Positions 29,696 to 40,154 of a DNA stretch of 64,000 nucleotides are shown piece after piece. Within the stretch, counting starts at the first letter, position 1. The number at the start of each line of letters is the position of its first letter. Below the pieces are notes generated by a model, which saw only the letters and a list, made by a program, of their open reading frames with translations, had not been told where the DNA came from and searched no databases. The DNA lies in the IMG/VR virus record IMGVR_UViG_3300013006_000024, positions 41,163 to 105,162 of that record; one strand, given 5' to 3'. The position numbers and the translations under genes are program-made. Source of the stretch: a virus.

Positions 29696-32600
29696 ATGTT
29701 AGACGCAAGTAGATATACTGACGAAAGAATATCTAATTCGATTACTTCTTCTGAGAAGTCGGATAATCCAATAGACCAGACGTCTCCGTTAACTTTTCAA
29801 GAATGGTTAAAATATAACAATACTCTATTTACTAACGCTAATGATTTCTTAATACGCTATCAATCTTACTTAAACAATTGGTACGCAGCTAAAAACATTA
29901 GTACTGTTAATCAAGAAGAAATGGTTAAACAGATGTATGTATTACTAATCAATGAGATAGTACTTTCCTATACTTCATCAGATGAAAGAAGATGGTTGAA
30001 AAATGTTGACTATAATAATCCTAGAGATCTAGCGGTAGCTATTCCATTTTTTGCGGCAAAAATAAAAGAAATATGCTTATATTATAGTACTTTAAGAGAT
30101 GATGTTAGGACAGCAGAGTTAAGATATGGTCTTAAGGGGTCAAATTATGGTATTGAGAAGATAATTTATAACGAAATTTCTAAATCATTAGAAACAGAAG
30201 ATCTTACTGATTTTATAAGAACTTTATCGCTTTCTCTTTCTGATATAAGAAATAATTTAGTAATTGAAATTGAAGATTTGTATGATTTATACCCTAGCTA
30301 TTTGGATGTAAGTTACAATAAACCTGCATCTACATACAAAGCAACAGGTAGTAGAGAAGAATACTTTAATTACAACCAATATAATGCTGACCCCACAGTA
30401 CAAATTGATTTTAATTCTGCTATAGTAGCTGCAATTACTTCATATCCGTTTTTTCTAATTGAACTAGGTACTAATAATTTTAGTATAACACCTCAAGTAG
30501 GTTCATCCGATTTAAATTTACTTAAAGATAGTGATTTTATTAATACTATTAATAATGAACAAGAAACTAATTTAAATTTAAATATTGAACAACTTCAATT
30601 TAAAAAATTTATAGGTACTGATTTTTACTATGTCTCAACAGGATCAACTGCTTCGTTTTACACCTCTGGTGTAATGGCCATGTCTGATAACCCGTTTGCA
30701 AATTATCTAAATAAGCGCTACCCAACTGTAGCTGCTATACCTGATCAGTCATTTACTAAAACAGCAAAGCAAATAGGATTGTTTTTTAAACCAGATAAAA
30801 TAGGCATTTCGAATTTTAATTGTTTTGGAGTCGATAGCTTTATTGATGTAGCAGCTCTCAGTGCTAATACAGTATATATTTTTCCTGATCCATCGAAATT
30901 CGGTAACATCTCTGGTTTAACTCAAGAGGAATTTAAATACCCGTTAATAATCTTAGAGAATAACTATTTAAACAAAGTAGATTTTTCTAACCAGTACATG
31001 TTTGGTGAAAGCGAGTCTAGTCCTTATTTACAAACGTTAAGAGCATATGAAAGTAGAGAGCAGTCCTTACAGTTTGCAAGTCAAGGATTATCTAGATATA
31101 TAGATGCACAAGACTTTTTTAAAGGCGATATTAGGTCTATTTGGTCTAATGAAGATGTATTTCCTATAGTACCTAAAAACTATTTTCCTATACAAGAACG
31201 ACTAGAAAAGCTCTACTCGCTTAATAAAACACTCGTTACCTTTAAGACCGATGTTTTTGGTAACAGTTACAGTCTATATAAAAGTATACACCCAGTAAAG
31301 AAACTAACTAATACGTTTAACCCAGATGATGGTAATACCTTAAAATATTGTAAGACCCTGGATGGTTATTCATTTTACGATAACGTTTCTGGATATAATT
31401 TTGATTGGACAGAAGTTGACCCTGAAAGGAATTACTCTGGTGTAATTCTTAAAACAACTACTAATATACCACCCGGCACCGGTTTCTTCACACGTGCAGA
31501 TAGTCTAACCGGCGTTTCACCTCTTTCAGCTCAATATTATAACAACGGTATACCTAATTTCGCTCTTTCTGGAGATATTACATCTATTTTATCTTATAGA
31601 TTTCAGCCTGAAACATTCTGCAGCAGTGTTATAGATACTACTTTTATATGTAATACATTCGACAGTGTAGAGTTTCTGGGCAAAGGGGGTGTAATATTGC
31701 CCGATGTTTCTTCTGATTTACCTTCTTTTAATGCAGATACTGATGATCTATACTATACAGATCTTATCGAAAGCGGTGCCTCGCCTACCGGGCCGGGATT
31801 TAGGCCTAATTTCGAGCATTTACCGCTATTTACCTTTACACCTTATTTTACTGCAATAGAAAATGTAAACGGCGGCCCATATTTAGTTGACGGCGAAGAG
31901 CCATGCGGTGGAATTATTGCTTCACGAAATGTAACTTATACAGAAAAAACTAATTTTTTAAATTATAAATTACCAAACAGAGAAACAAGAGTGCTTGAAG
32001 GCATTTCAGGGGCAGCATATAAAAAATCTATATATGAAGTAAAGTTCAAAGAATATGGTGAATGCTATTTTAGAGACTTAAATTCATTACAAATTGTTCC
32101 ACTCTCTACAGCATTAAGCGGATTGTATATAAAGTATAATGATGATATTAAAAATGAACTTAATAATAAATTAATTAATATTGATGTCTATTATGATACA
32201 CTTCAGTTTGAATCAGAAAATTACTTAATATTTGATAGAATTAAATTTGATTACGATTCAAACCTAATTGAAAATGTAACAAAATCTAACGCATATTTTT
32301 ATAAAGGTAGTAATATAAATTTCAATCATATTTCTACTGTATGGTTTGACGAAAAATTAAACAATATATTCTTCTGTAAAACAGTATTATATCCAGAATT
32401 AAGCGCTACTAATCAAAAAATAATTTATCCGGAAATTTATGCAATAAATTCAAATACTTTAGCAATAAAACGAGTATATCCACCAGTACCTATTGAAAGC
32501 TTAAAAGCAGACGACTTAGTACAGTTCTCTCTTTCAGGTAAAAATATAGATCTAAATATAGTAGAAATAGAAAAGCCTATATTTACTTTTGACTATCAGA

Positions 32601-32836
32601 CTGAAAATTTTGTAATAACTTATTTAGGTAAAGACATGGCTAACGTATTTTATCTATTTAAAATATACTTTAAATATGTAAACGGAGCTATAACTAATAT
32701 TAATAATTTTATGTACAAGATTAGCCCGGATGTATATTCAAATAACTTTGCATCTGTTTTATCCGACCAATACACAGCATATAACATATTAGGCAATTCA
32801 TCTGTTATAAATGGGGTGTTTAACTTTAACGTATAA
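29696..32836 (+). CDS. large virion structural protein
   Basis: 1046 aa; late promoter; lies in the baseplate cluster; no recognised family. Confidence 0.65.
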   Translation: MLDASRYTDERISNSITSSEKSDNPIDQTSPLTFQEWLKYNNTLFTNANDFLIRYQSYLNNWYAAKNISTVNQEEMVKQMYVLLINEIVLSYTSSDERRWLKNVDYNNPRDLAVAIPFFAAKIKEICLYYSTLRDDVRTAELRYGLKGSNYGIEKIIYNEISKSLETEDLTDFIRTLSLSLSDIRNNLVIEIEDLYDLYPSYLDVSYNKPASTYKATGSREEYFNYNQYNADPTVQIDFNSAIVAAITSYPFFLIELGTNNFSITPQVGSSDLNLLKDSDFINTINNEQETNLNLNIEQLQFKKFIGTDFYYVSTGSTASFYTSGVMAMSDNPFANYLNKRYPTVAAIPDQSFTKTAKQIGLFFKPDKIGISNFNCFGVDSFIDVAALSANTVYIFPDPSKFGNISGLTQEEFKYPLIILENNYLNKVDFSNQYMFGESESSPYLQTLRAYESREQSLQFASQGLSRYIDAQDFFKGDIRSIWSNEDVFPIVPKNYFPIQERLEKLYSLNKTLVTFKTDVFGNSYSLYKSIHPVKKLTNTFNPDDGNTLKYCKTLDGYSFYDNVSGYNFDWTEVDPERNYSGVILKTTTNIPPGTGFFTRADSLTGVSPLSAQYYNNGIPNFALSGDITSILSYRFQPETFCSSVIDTTFICNTFDSVEFLGKGGVILPDVSSDLPSFNADTDDLYYTDLIESGASPTGPGFRPNFEHLPLFTFTPYFTAIENVNGGPYLVDGEEPCGGIIASRNVTYTEKTNFLNYKLPNRETRVLEGISGAAYKKSIYEVKFKEYGECYFRDLNSLQIVPLSTALSGLYIKYNDDIKNELNNKLINIDVYYDTLQFESENYLIFDRIKFDYDSNLIENVTKSNAYFYKGSNINFNHISTVWFDEKLNNIFFCKTVLYPELSATNQKIIYPEIYAINSNTLAIKRVYPPVPIESLKADDLVQFSLSGKNIDLNIVEIEKPIFTFDYQTENFVITYLGKDMANVFYLFKIYFKYVNGAITNINNFMYKISPDVYSNNFASVLSDQYTAYNILGNSSVINGVFNFNV

Positions 32837-34566
32837 TGCAAGAATATTATTTTAACTCTAATAATAAGACTTCTCTAGTTGTTATTGACAGAACAATTGA
32901 TACTAGTAGAGATTATATAATAACTTTTGATTATTGCTGTTACGGTATAGGTTTAAGCGGTTTTGAAGGGTTTAGCTTATGTTTTGTTGATAATCAGGTT
33001 GCTAATTTTTACGGTGGCGGTATTGGACCGGGGTTAGGTGTAACTGCTCTTACCGGAATATCAGCACTACCGCCTCTCTTTATACCGTACTTCAAAAAAT
33101 ACCCAGGTATTGATAAAACACATTTTGTTATAGGGTTTGATGTTAGTGGTAACTTTGGTGCGGATATTTATGCTAGAGGCGGCAATAGCACACCCCTACC
33201 TAATACAATTTCTTTAAGGAGCGGCACGCGTGATCAATTTAAATTGCTCTATACAACTGCAAACTTAGCTAGTTCAGCTTTTTCAGAGCCTATTAATTTA
33301 TATGAGCAATCTACAACTGGTGATAATTTTAAAACATTTAGAGTTCGTATTACTAATCTCGGAAAAACAGTTGTAATCGATCATAAAAATAAAACTGCGG
33401 AAAAATTTACTAATGTTCTTAGGTATGATTTACCAGTTAGTGTACCTTCTACTGTCTTTCCTGCAATAGGATTTGGAGCAGGTAATAATATATTATTTCC
33501 TACGAATTTACGAATTAAAAATATTAATGTTAATGGATTTTTTCTAACCCCTACCCCGACACCTACTATCACACCTACAAATACTGTTACACCTACTATG
33601 ACAGTAACACCGACGGTAACACCAACAATTACCCCGACAAATACACGAACGCCAACAGTAACCCCGACTAATACACGTACACCAACTATCACACCAACTA
33701 TTACACCTACAAATACAGTTACACCGACAATAACACCTACAGAAACTGTAACACCAACAATAACACCTACAGAAACTGTAACACCAACAATAACACCTAC
33801 AGAAACTGTAACACCAACAATAACACCTACAAATACAATTACACCGACAATAACACCTACAAATACTGTAACATCTACTCCCACAGTAACGCCAACACTT
33901 ACACCTACTATTACCCCTACAGCTTCAATAACACCAACAATTTCGCCAACTAATACACGTACACCGACTCTAACACCAACCAACACTATTACTCCTACAA
34001 TAACACCTACAAATACAGTTACAAGTACTGTTACACCTACTACAACTGTTAGCCCCTATATACGTAACTTTAATTCTAATCAATCTAATATCGTTATTCC
34101 ACGTGGACCGGCTAGAGCTAGCGTCTATCCTATAACATTCTCTGCTAATACAACAATTGCTCCTTCGCGAGTTACAGTATCACTTAACAACTTCAGTCAT
34201 AGTTCACCTTATGATATAGGCGTGCTACTTGTTTCGCCTAATAATATTAATAGTTTGGTTGTAGGTAGAATACCGGATAATGACGACCCGCAGCCTGCAG
34301 TAAATGCATATGTTACTCTTGACAGCTTAGCACCTGTGCCTTGGAATGCATATTCTTCAGGCACATATGCTCCTAATTACGATCCAGATAAGACGTTCCC
34401 GTTCGCTTCACCTGCACCTTCTGCGCCGTATAATTATGTACTAGATGTATACAATAATATTTCTGCAGTCGACGCCACTGGCACTTGGAATCTATATATT
34501 TACGATTTCGTACCAGGCGATTCCGGTACACTTACAAGCGCGACATTGAGTTTTATATATAGTTGA
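32836..34566 (+). CDS. modular protein: L-type lectin-like domain, Thr-Pro stalk, proprotein-convertase P-domain
   Basis: EGFSLCF...IGFD...IGFGAG (legume-lectin-like); PT tract; VTVSL..FSH...DIGVLLVSP...GTWNLYIYD...DSGTL (P-domain). Confidence 0.75.
   Translation: MQEYYFNSNNKTSLVVIDRTIDTSRDYIITFDYCCYGIGLSGFEGFSLCFVDNQVANFYGGGIGPGLGVTALTGISALPPLFIPYFKKYPGIDKTHFVIGFDVSGNFGADIYARGGNSTPLPNTISLRSGTRDQFKLLYTTANLASSAFSEPINLYEQSTTGDNFKTFRVRITNLGKTVVIDHKNKTAEKFTNVLRYDLPVSVPSTVFPAIGFGAGNNILFPTNLRIKNINVNGFFLTPTPTPTITPTNTVTPTMTVTPTVTPTITPTNTRTPTVTPTNTRTPTITPTITPTNTVTPTITPTETVTPTITPTETVTPTITPTETVTPTITPTNTITPTITPTNTVTSTPTVTPTLTPTITPTASITPTISPTNTRTPTLTPTNTITPTITPTNTVTSTVTPTTTVSPYIRNFNSNQSNIVIPRGPARASVYPITFSANTTIAPSRVTVSLNNFSHSSPYDIGVLLVSPNNINSLVVGRIPDNDDPQPAVNAYVTLDSLAPVPWNAYSSGTYAPNYDPDKTFPFASPAPSAPYNYVLDVYNNISAVDATGTWNLYIYDFVPGDSGTLTSATLSFIYS
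33547..34056 (+). repeat. Thr-Pro coding repeat (170 aa) with a 30-bp tandem unit at 33721-33831
   Basis: acaccaacaataacacctacagaaactgta, about 3.7 copies. Confidence 0.95.
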
Positions 34567-34569
34567 TGA

Positions 34570-34598
34570 TTGATTTCTATGTATATATAATATAAAAT
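34570..34598 (+). promoter_or_regulatory. sigma70-type promoter of the glycosylation operon
   Basis: TTGATT-N17-TAAAAT, then 6 nt to GTG 34605. Confidence 0.5.
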
Positions 34599-34604
34599 AT
34601 ATAC

Positions 34605-35846
34605 GTGAAAATATTCATATCAATTGCATCATATAGAGATCCCGAACTACTGCCTACAATAAGAGATTGTATTGCTAATGCTAAAAAGCCTGAAAATTTA
34701 AGATTTTCTATAGCTTGGCAAAGAGATGAAAAAGAAACATTAGCTGAATTTACTAATGACAAGCGTTTTAAGATTATTGACATACCTTATCAAGAAAGTA
34801 AAGGTACTTGCTGGGCAAGAAGCAGAATTCAGGAAAATTATGATGGTGAGAAATACCATCTTCAGTTAGATAGCCATCATAGATTTATTAAGCACTGGGA
34901 TGCTGAATGCATTCAAATGATTAAAGATTTGCAAGCGAAAGGACATAAGAAACCTTTACTTACAGGCTATATATCAAGCTTTAATCCATCAAATGACCCT
35001 GCTGAGCGTATTAATACTCCGTGGAAAATGAACTTTGATAGGTTTATTCCCGAAGGTGCTGTATTCTTTTTACCTGCATCAATTGATGATTATAAAGACA
35101 GAACTTCACCGGTACCAAGTAGATTTGTTTCCGCGCATTTTATCTTTACTCTAGGTAAATGGATCGAAGAAGTACCTTATGATCCATTTTATTATTTTCA
35201 CGGTGAAGAAATTAACCTTGCTGTACGTTCTTATACATGGGGATATGATTTGTTTCACCCGCATAAAGTTATTGCATGGCACGAATATACTAGAAGAGGA
35301 AGAACTAAGCATTGGGACGATATTAAAGAGTGGGGTGATTTAAATAGTAAATCGCATTCTCGAAATCGCAAGCTTTTTGAAATGGATGGTGAGAAAAAAG
35401 ATATAGACTTCGGTAAATACGATTTCGGTAAAAAGAGATCTGTTGCTGAATACGAAAAATACGCTGGTATATGCTTTAAAAAGAGAGCTGTACAGCGTTA
35501 TACACTCGATAATAACTATCCACCTAATCCAGAGAATGCTAAAATGTCTGCAGATGAGCTCGATAAGTCATTTCTAAAGATATTTAAACATTGTATTGAT
35601 ATTAGATACGAGCAGGTACCTGAAAAAGATTATGATTTCTGGTGTGTAGCGTTTAAAGATAAGCAAGGTAAAGACGTATATCGGAAAGATGCTGATAAGA
35701 GTGAAATTACTGTAATGTTTAATGATCCCGACAAGTATTGTAAGGTATGGAGAACGTTTAACGTTGAAGAACCGCCTCATAGTTGGCTTGTATGGCCGCA
35801 TAGTGTCAGTAAGGGCTGGGCCGATCCAATTACTGGTAATTTGTGA
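34605..35846 (+). CDS. GT60-family polypeptide/hydroxyproline alpha-N-acetylglucosaminyltransferase-like enzyme
   Basis: IFISIASYRDPE, GTCWAR, LQLDSHHRF (DSH motif), VPYDP, FHGEE, LAVRSYTWGYD, WHEY: signature of the Skp1 Gnt1/Gnt2 (Pfam GlcNAc) family. Confidence 0.85.
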   Translation: MKIFISIASYRDPELLPTIRDCIANAKKPENLRFSIAWQRDEKETLAEFTNDKRFKIIDIPYQESKGTCWARSRIQENYDGEKYHLQLDSHHRFIKHWDAECIQMIKDLQAKGHKKPLLTGYISSFNPSNDPAERINTPWKMNFDRFIPEGAVFFLPASIDDYKDRTSPVPSRFVSAHFIFTLGKWIEEVPYDPFYYFHGEEINLAVRSYTWGYDLFHPHKVIAWHEYTRRGRTKHWDDIKEWGDLNSKSHSRNRKLFEMDGEKKDIDFGKYDFGKKRSVAEYEKYAGICFKKRAVQRYTLDNNYPPNPENAKMSADELDKSFLKIFKHCIDIRYEQVPEKDYDFWCVAFKDKQGKDVYRKDADKSEITVMFNDPDKYCKVWRTFNVEEPPHSWLVWPHSVSKGWADPITGNL

Positions 35847-36817
35847 TGAAAAGAATAGCGTTTCACGATAATAATCTATGTTTGCGTGGAACATCTGTAG
35901 CGTTATATCAGTATGCTAATTATAATGAAAAAATTCTTGGAAACAAAAGCTATATATTGAGCTGCCCTTCGGCAAATCTTGACGCCCTACCTAAATTTAA
36001 ATCGCGCTTTGATGTTAATCTAGCGCATTTTCATGATCATAGTTATTTTTTGAATGAAAATAAAGTAGATTATATTTATGTTATTAAATCAGGCGGCAAT
36101 GATGGCGTTAGTATGAGTCAACCACCTACATTAGTTCATTCTGTATTCGGTTCTAAAGACCACCATGGACATAGATATGCGTATGTATCTGATTGGTTGT
36201 GTAGAGCTATGGGGTATGATATAGAAAAACATTCTGTACCACATATTGCCGAGCCTTTACCTCAACCTACATATTCACTTCGCGAAAAATTAGGTATATC
36301 TTCAAATAAAAGAGTATTCGGCTGCTATGCTGGTACGACTGAATTTAATATTTCCTGGGTACAAGAATTAATATGCAATCTAGCCCCAAAAGCTCCAGAT
36401 CTCGTTTTTATGTTTATGAATATTGAAGATTTTAGATTTAGATGGCCTAATGCACCGGTTACTACTCATAATAATATTATTTTTCTACCAGGTACACACG
36501 ACATGCTTGAAAAATCAGCGTTTGTACATGCATGCGACGCTATGATTCATGCAAGAAGCGGTGGAGAGACTTTTGGTTGTGCTGTTTCTGAGTTTACTAT
36601 GGCAAATAAACCCGTACTAACATATGGTGAATCAGGCGAACGCAGTCATATAGAATTACTAGGAGATAGAGGTATTTTTTATAAGAATCCTGACGAATTA
36701 CATGACATGTTTATCAATCTACCTGAATACATTAAATATGATGATTATTATAAAGCTTATGATTGCTGTAGACCAGAAGTAATAATGGATAAATTTAATA
36801 AGGTATTTTTACAATGA
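35843..36817 (+). CDS. GT-B glycosyltransferase (GT4-like)
   Basis: RGTS, YAYVSDWL, LREKLGI, CDAMIHARSGGETFGCAVSEF..ANKPV (E-X7-E). Confidence 0.85.
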   Translation: MMKRIAFHDNNLCLRGTSVALYQYANYNEKILGNKSYILSCPSANLDALPKFKSRFDVNLAHFHDHSYFLNENKVDYIYVIKSGGNDGVSMSQPPTLVHSVFGSKDHHGHRYAYVSDWLCRAMGYDIEKHSVPHIAEPLPQPTYSLREKLGISSNKRVFGCYAGTTEFNISWVQELICNLAPKAPDLVFMFMNIEDFRFRWPNAPVTTHNNIIFLPGTHDMLEKSAFVHACDAMIHARSGGETFGCAVSEFTMANKPVLTYGESGERSHIELLGDRGIFYKNPDELHDMFINLPEYIKYDDYYKAYDCCRPEVIMDKFNKVFLQ

Positions 36818-37638
36818 AATATAATATATTAGTTAGTGCAATTTGCTTTATAAATAGAAAAAAACCAGGTGCAGAAATATACGCTACTTTCGCACGCAGA
36901 TTAATAAACGATGTTATGGTTAAATCACCATATGACGTGAGAATAATTACAAATGAACTTGAACACTTTAAAGAAGATATTCAAAAGTGGGGTGAACGTG
37001 TAATAATTAAGCACGATGATCTATCAAATAATCAAATTTATGTAGGTGCATTTAACCAAATGCTCAAATATAAGACAATGCAAGATGTATCTAAAAAGTA
37101 TGATTGGTTATTATATTTAGATTGTGATGCTGGGTTTACAGATACCTTAAACTCTGCACAAATAGATTCGTTTTTAACTTATGTTGAAGAGCAAGGGTAT
37201 GATATGCTCGGTACACGCACTAATTGTATTGTTAAAAACGAGCTATTAGACCATGAAAGTAAAATAAAAAAATGGGAGCAAGACCCTAGTCAGTATAATC
37301 CAGGTAATTTATTTTCATCTAAGTTTATTTTTTACAAAATGTCGTCAGATAAAGGTCCTTTTGAATGGTTTGATGCGGTGCTACCAAGCGAGCATGTATT
37401 ACTAATTAAAAATAATGAAAAACTTGCTATTATGGCTACCGAATTTGAAAAATTTAATCAAAAGTTTGAAACACAAGTAGATTTGCCATACATTATAACC
37501 TATGATATGGAGGCATTTGAAATAGGGGTTTCTGCTAAACTAGCGGGTTATAATGTAGGAGATTTCGGTAACGACGGTCTTTATCATATTATTAAGGTAG
37601 TTTGTAATCACAATAACTGGGAAAAAGTTAAATATTAA
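36814..37638 (+). CDS. GT-A glycosyltransferase
   Basis: FNQMLKY...YDWLLYLDCD (DxD); operon context; ATGA overlap. Confidence 0.65.
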   Translation: MKYNILVSAICFINRKKPGAEIYATFARRLINDVMVKSPYDVRIITNELEHFKEDIQKWGERVIIKHDDLSNNQIYVGAFNQMLKYKTMQDVSKKYDWLLYLDCDAGFTDTLNSAQIDSFLTYVEEQGYDMLGTRTNCIVKNELLDHESKIKKWEQDPSQYNPGNLFSSKFIFYKMSSDKGPFEWFDAVLPSEHVLLIKNNEKLAIMATEFEKFNQKFETQVDLPYIITYDMEAFEIGVSAKLAGYNVGDFGNDGLYHIIKVVCNHNNWEKVKY

Positions 37639-37641
37639 TTT

Positions 37642-38553
37642 ATGGTATCTGTTAGACTCCGTGCCTCTTGGACGAGTGATGAGGAAATTTTAAAACGCGT
37701 TCTACTTCAGTTTAAAACTTCAGAAGATGACCTTTCAGGTATTAAATTTGTATTAGATGATAGCTATGATATTATAGTGTTTTTTGGTTATATAGTGGGA
37801 GAAATTAAACAAGGAGCTAAAGCTTATGTTTTCCCGCAAGAACCTAGCTGGTCAGGCGGTCATCCCAGATATTTTGATTATAATCCTAATTTAACTGTTT
37901 ACGGGTATGATAAAGCGCTATATTCGCGTCCAGAAGTAATCAAAGAAAGTATGAGTTATATGTTTTATGGTGGTAGAGGACCTACATCAGAAGGATATGA
38001 TCATTGGACGTACGACTTTATTACTAAGTACAATTACGAGAAAACAAAAAATATAAGTTGTATTATATCTACCCTAGGTTCTGATGGCGGTGATAAACCA
38101 TCAGGTTGTTTATACAAAAAAAGAGTAAAATTAGTTGACTGTCTTGTCAATAATGCTAATTTTATTGATATTTATGCGAGAAACGATGAAAGTAGACCGA
38201 ATCTTAAAGGAGACGCTAGATATAAATTCGATGCTTTAAAAGACTACAGATTTTCTATTTGCTGTGAAAACTCTAGAGAGAAAAACTATATTAGTGAAAA
38301 GTTTTTTGATTGTATATTAACAAACACAGTACCTATTTACTACGGGTGTAAGAATGTAGATGATTTATTACCAACAAATTCTTTTATATCTATAGATATA
38401 GATGACCTAGACGGTACATTAACTAAATTAAAATATATTAATGAAAACTGCGATGCTCTTTATAATGAAATGCTGCCTAGTGTAATAAAAGCTAAAGAAA
38501 TTTATTTTAATGAGTTTAATGTTTTAAAAATTATTAAAAAATTAGTATATTGA
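37642..38553 (+). CDS. GT10 alpha-1,3/4-fucosyltransferase-like enzyme
   Basis: YRFSICCENS..NYISEKFFDCILTNTVPIYYG is the GT10 alpha-1,3 motif; QEP. Confidence 0.85.
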   Translation: MVSVRLRASWTSDEEILKRVLLQFKTSEDDLSGIKFVLDDSYDIIVFFGYIVGEIKQGAKAYVFPQEPSWSGGHPRYFDYNPNLTVYGYDKALYSRPEVIKESMSYMFYGGRGPTSEGYDHWTYDFITKYNYEKTKNISCIISTLGSDGGDKPSGCLYKKRVKLVDCLVNNANFIDIYARNDESRPNLKGDARYKFDALKDYRFSICCENSREKNYISEKFFDCILTNTVPIYYGCKNVDDLLPTNSFISIDIDDLDGTLTKLKYINENCDALYNEMLPSVIKAKEIYFNEFNVLKIIKKLVY

Positions 38554-38583
38554 AGCACATTTAAATACAAATATATATTTTAC

Positions 38584-39534
38584 ATGACTAAGGTAATTAT
38601 ACATCAGCCTAAAAACTTTGAAAGTAGATATTACCGCTATTATAATTACCTTTTTGACGGGCTTAGTAAGAAAATTAGTGAAAATTTCGATTGTTTAGAG
38701 GCTAGATATTTTAAGCACGCAAATGAAATTCGATATCCGGTAAAATTAATGTATGATACACCTACTAAGGAACGAGAAACAACACTTTTGCTTGAATGCG
38801 AAATGCTTATTGAAAATTATGATACACATGAAGTAGTAGTATTATCAGTCTCCGACGATTTGACACATGCAATACTTCACAATTACCCAAAAGTGCAGAA
38901 AATATTAATATCACAATATCAAAAGAATAAAATTAGCTCTAATTTATATAGCGGACAAGATTTTAGTAAGTTTTCCCCGTGGGTTTATTTCCCGCAAAAC
39001 ATATATGATTACGATGCATTCTACAATAAAAGAAAAGATATTTCTAATTTTATTGACAAATTTTACTTTAGAGGCACTTCATTAGAAATACGCACAATAT
39101 TAAACGGGTTTAATTCACAGTATTTTGAAGGTGGCTTACCAATTGGAGGTTTTGAAGCATATGCAAATGATATTATTAACTATAAAGCTGCATTTTCCAT
39201 TGCGGGTCGAGGTGAATTTTGTTATAGAGATATAGAAAATATGGCCATGGGTATTCCTATTATTAGATTTGAATATTCACATGAAATGTCACCGCCGCTT
39301 ATACCAAATTTTCATTACATCTCCACACTACGTCCTTTTATTAGTTCTGAACATCAGCTGTCGCCAGAGCATTCACATTTAATAGAGAAAAGATTCCTAG
39401 AAGTAAAAGATGACAAAGACTTTTTAAATTTTATTTCAAAAAATGCTAGGGATTATTATGAAAACTACATTAAATTAGATAAATGTGTTGAACATACATA
39501 TAATTTAACAGGAATAGAACAATGGAAGAAATAG
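38584..39534 (+). CDS. GT-B glycosyltransferase (GT47/GT90-like)
   Basis: KFYFRG, SIAGRGEFCYRDIENMAMG, LIPNFHYI, ISKNARDYY. Confidence 0.65.
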   Translation: MTKVIIHQPKNFESRYYRYYNYLFDGLSKKISENFDCLEARYFKHANEIRYPVKLMYDTPTKERETTLLLECEMLIENYDTHEVVVLSVSDDLTHAILHNYPKVQKILISQYQKNKISSNLYSGQDFSKFSPWVYFPQNIYDYDAFYNKRKDISNFIDKFYFRGTSLEIRTILNGFNSQYFEGGLPIGGFEAYANDIINYKAAFSIAGRGEFCYRDIENMAMGIPIIRFEYSHEMSPPLIPNFHYISTLRPFISSEHQLSPEHSHLIEKRFLEVKDDKDFLNFISKNARDYYENYIKLDKCVEHTYNLTGIEQWKK

Positions 39535-40154
39535 ATAAAAATATAACTAAAAAGGTTAATCTCGAAGCTAATGATGGGCTATCTAGTTATCTCGGATTCG
39601 CTTGTCAGCAACATCATGGTGTATATGAAGTATTTTATAATTTTTTAAATGAAGTAAAACCATCTAACATACTTGAAATTGGAACTGCTCTAGGTGGGTT
39701 TACACAATACTTACACTACGTTAACAAACAAATTAATAATAATTGCAAAATATTAAGTTATGATATTCATGGTCATGACTGGTATAATGATATGATAAAA
39801 GATGGTATTGACGTAAGAGTTGAAAATATTTTTGCCGATGACTTTTCTTCTGTCAAACCGGATGTTATAGATTTTATTAAATCGCCAGGCACAACTATTG
39901 TTTTTTGCGATGGCGGTAGTAAAAAAGATGAATTCAATTTGCTTTCATTTTATCTAAAACCGAGAGATTATATCTTAGCTCATGACTACGGCTTTGATAG
40001 GAGCATTTTTGATCAGCATTGTAACGGTAAGATTTGGAATTGGTGTGAAATTACTGAAAGTGACATTTCACCATCTGTTGTAAAAAATAATTTACAAGAT
40101 TATAGTAATAATATTTTTAATAATGTAGCGTGGACATGTAAGGTTAAAATATGA
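39522..40154 (+). CDS. class I SAM-dependent methyltransferase (Methyltransf_24/CmcI-like)
   Basis: ILEIGTALGG, LSYDI, FCDGG, ILAHD. Confidence 0.8.
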   Translation: MEEIDKNITKKVNLEANDGLSSYLGFACQQHHGVYEVFYNFLNEVKPSNILEIGTALGGFTQYLHYVNKQINNNCKILSYDIHGHDWYNDMIKDGIDVRVENIFADDFSSVKPDVIDFIKSPGTTIVFCDGGSKKDEFNLLSFYLKPRDYILAHDYGFDRSIFDQHCNGKIWNWCEITESDISPSVVKNNLQDYSNNIFNNVAWTCKVKI

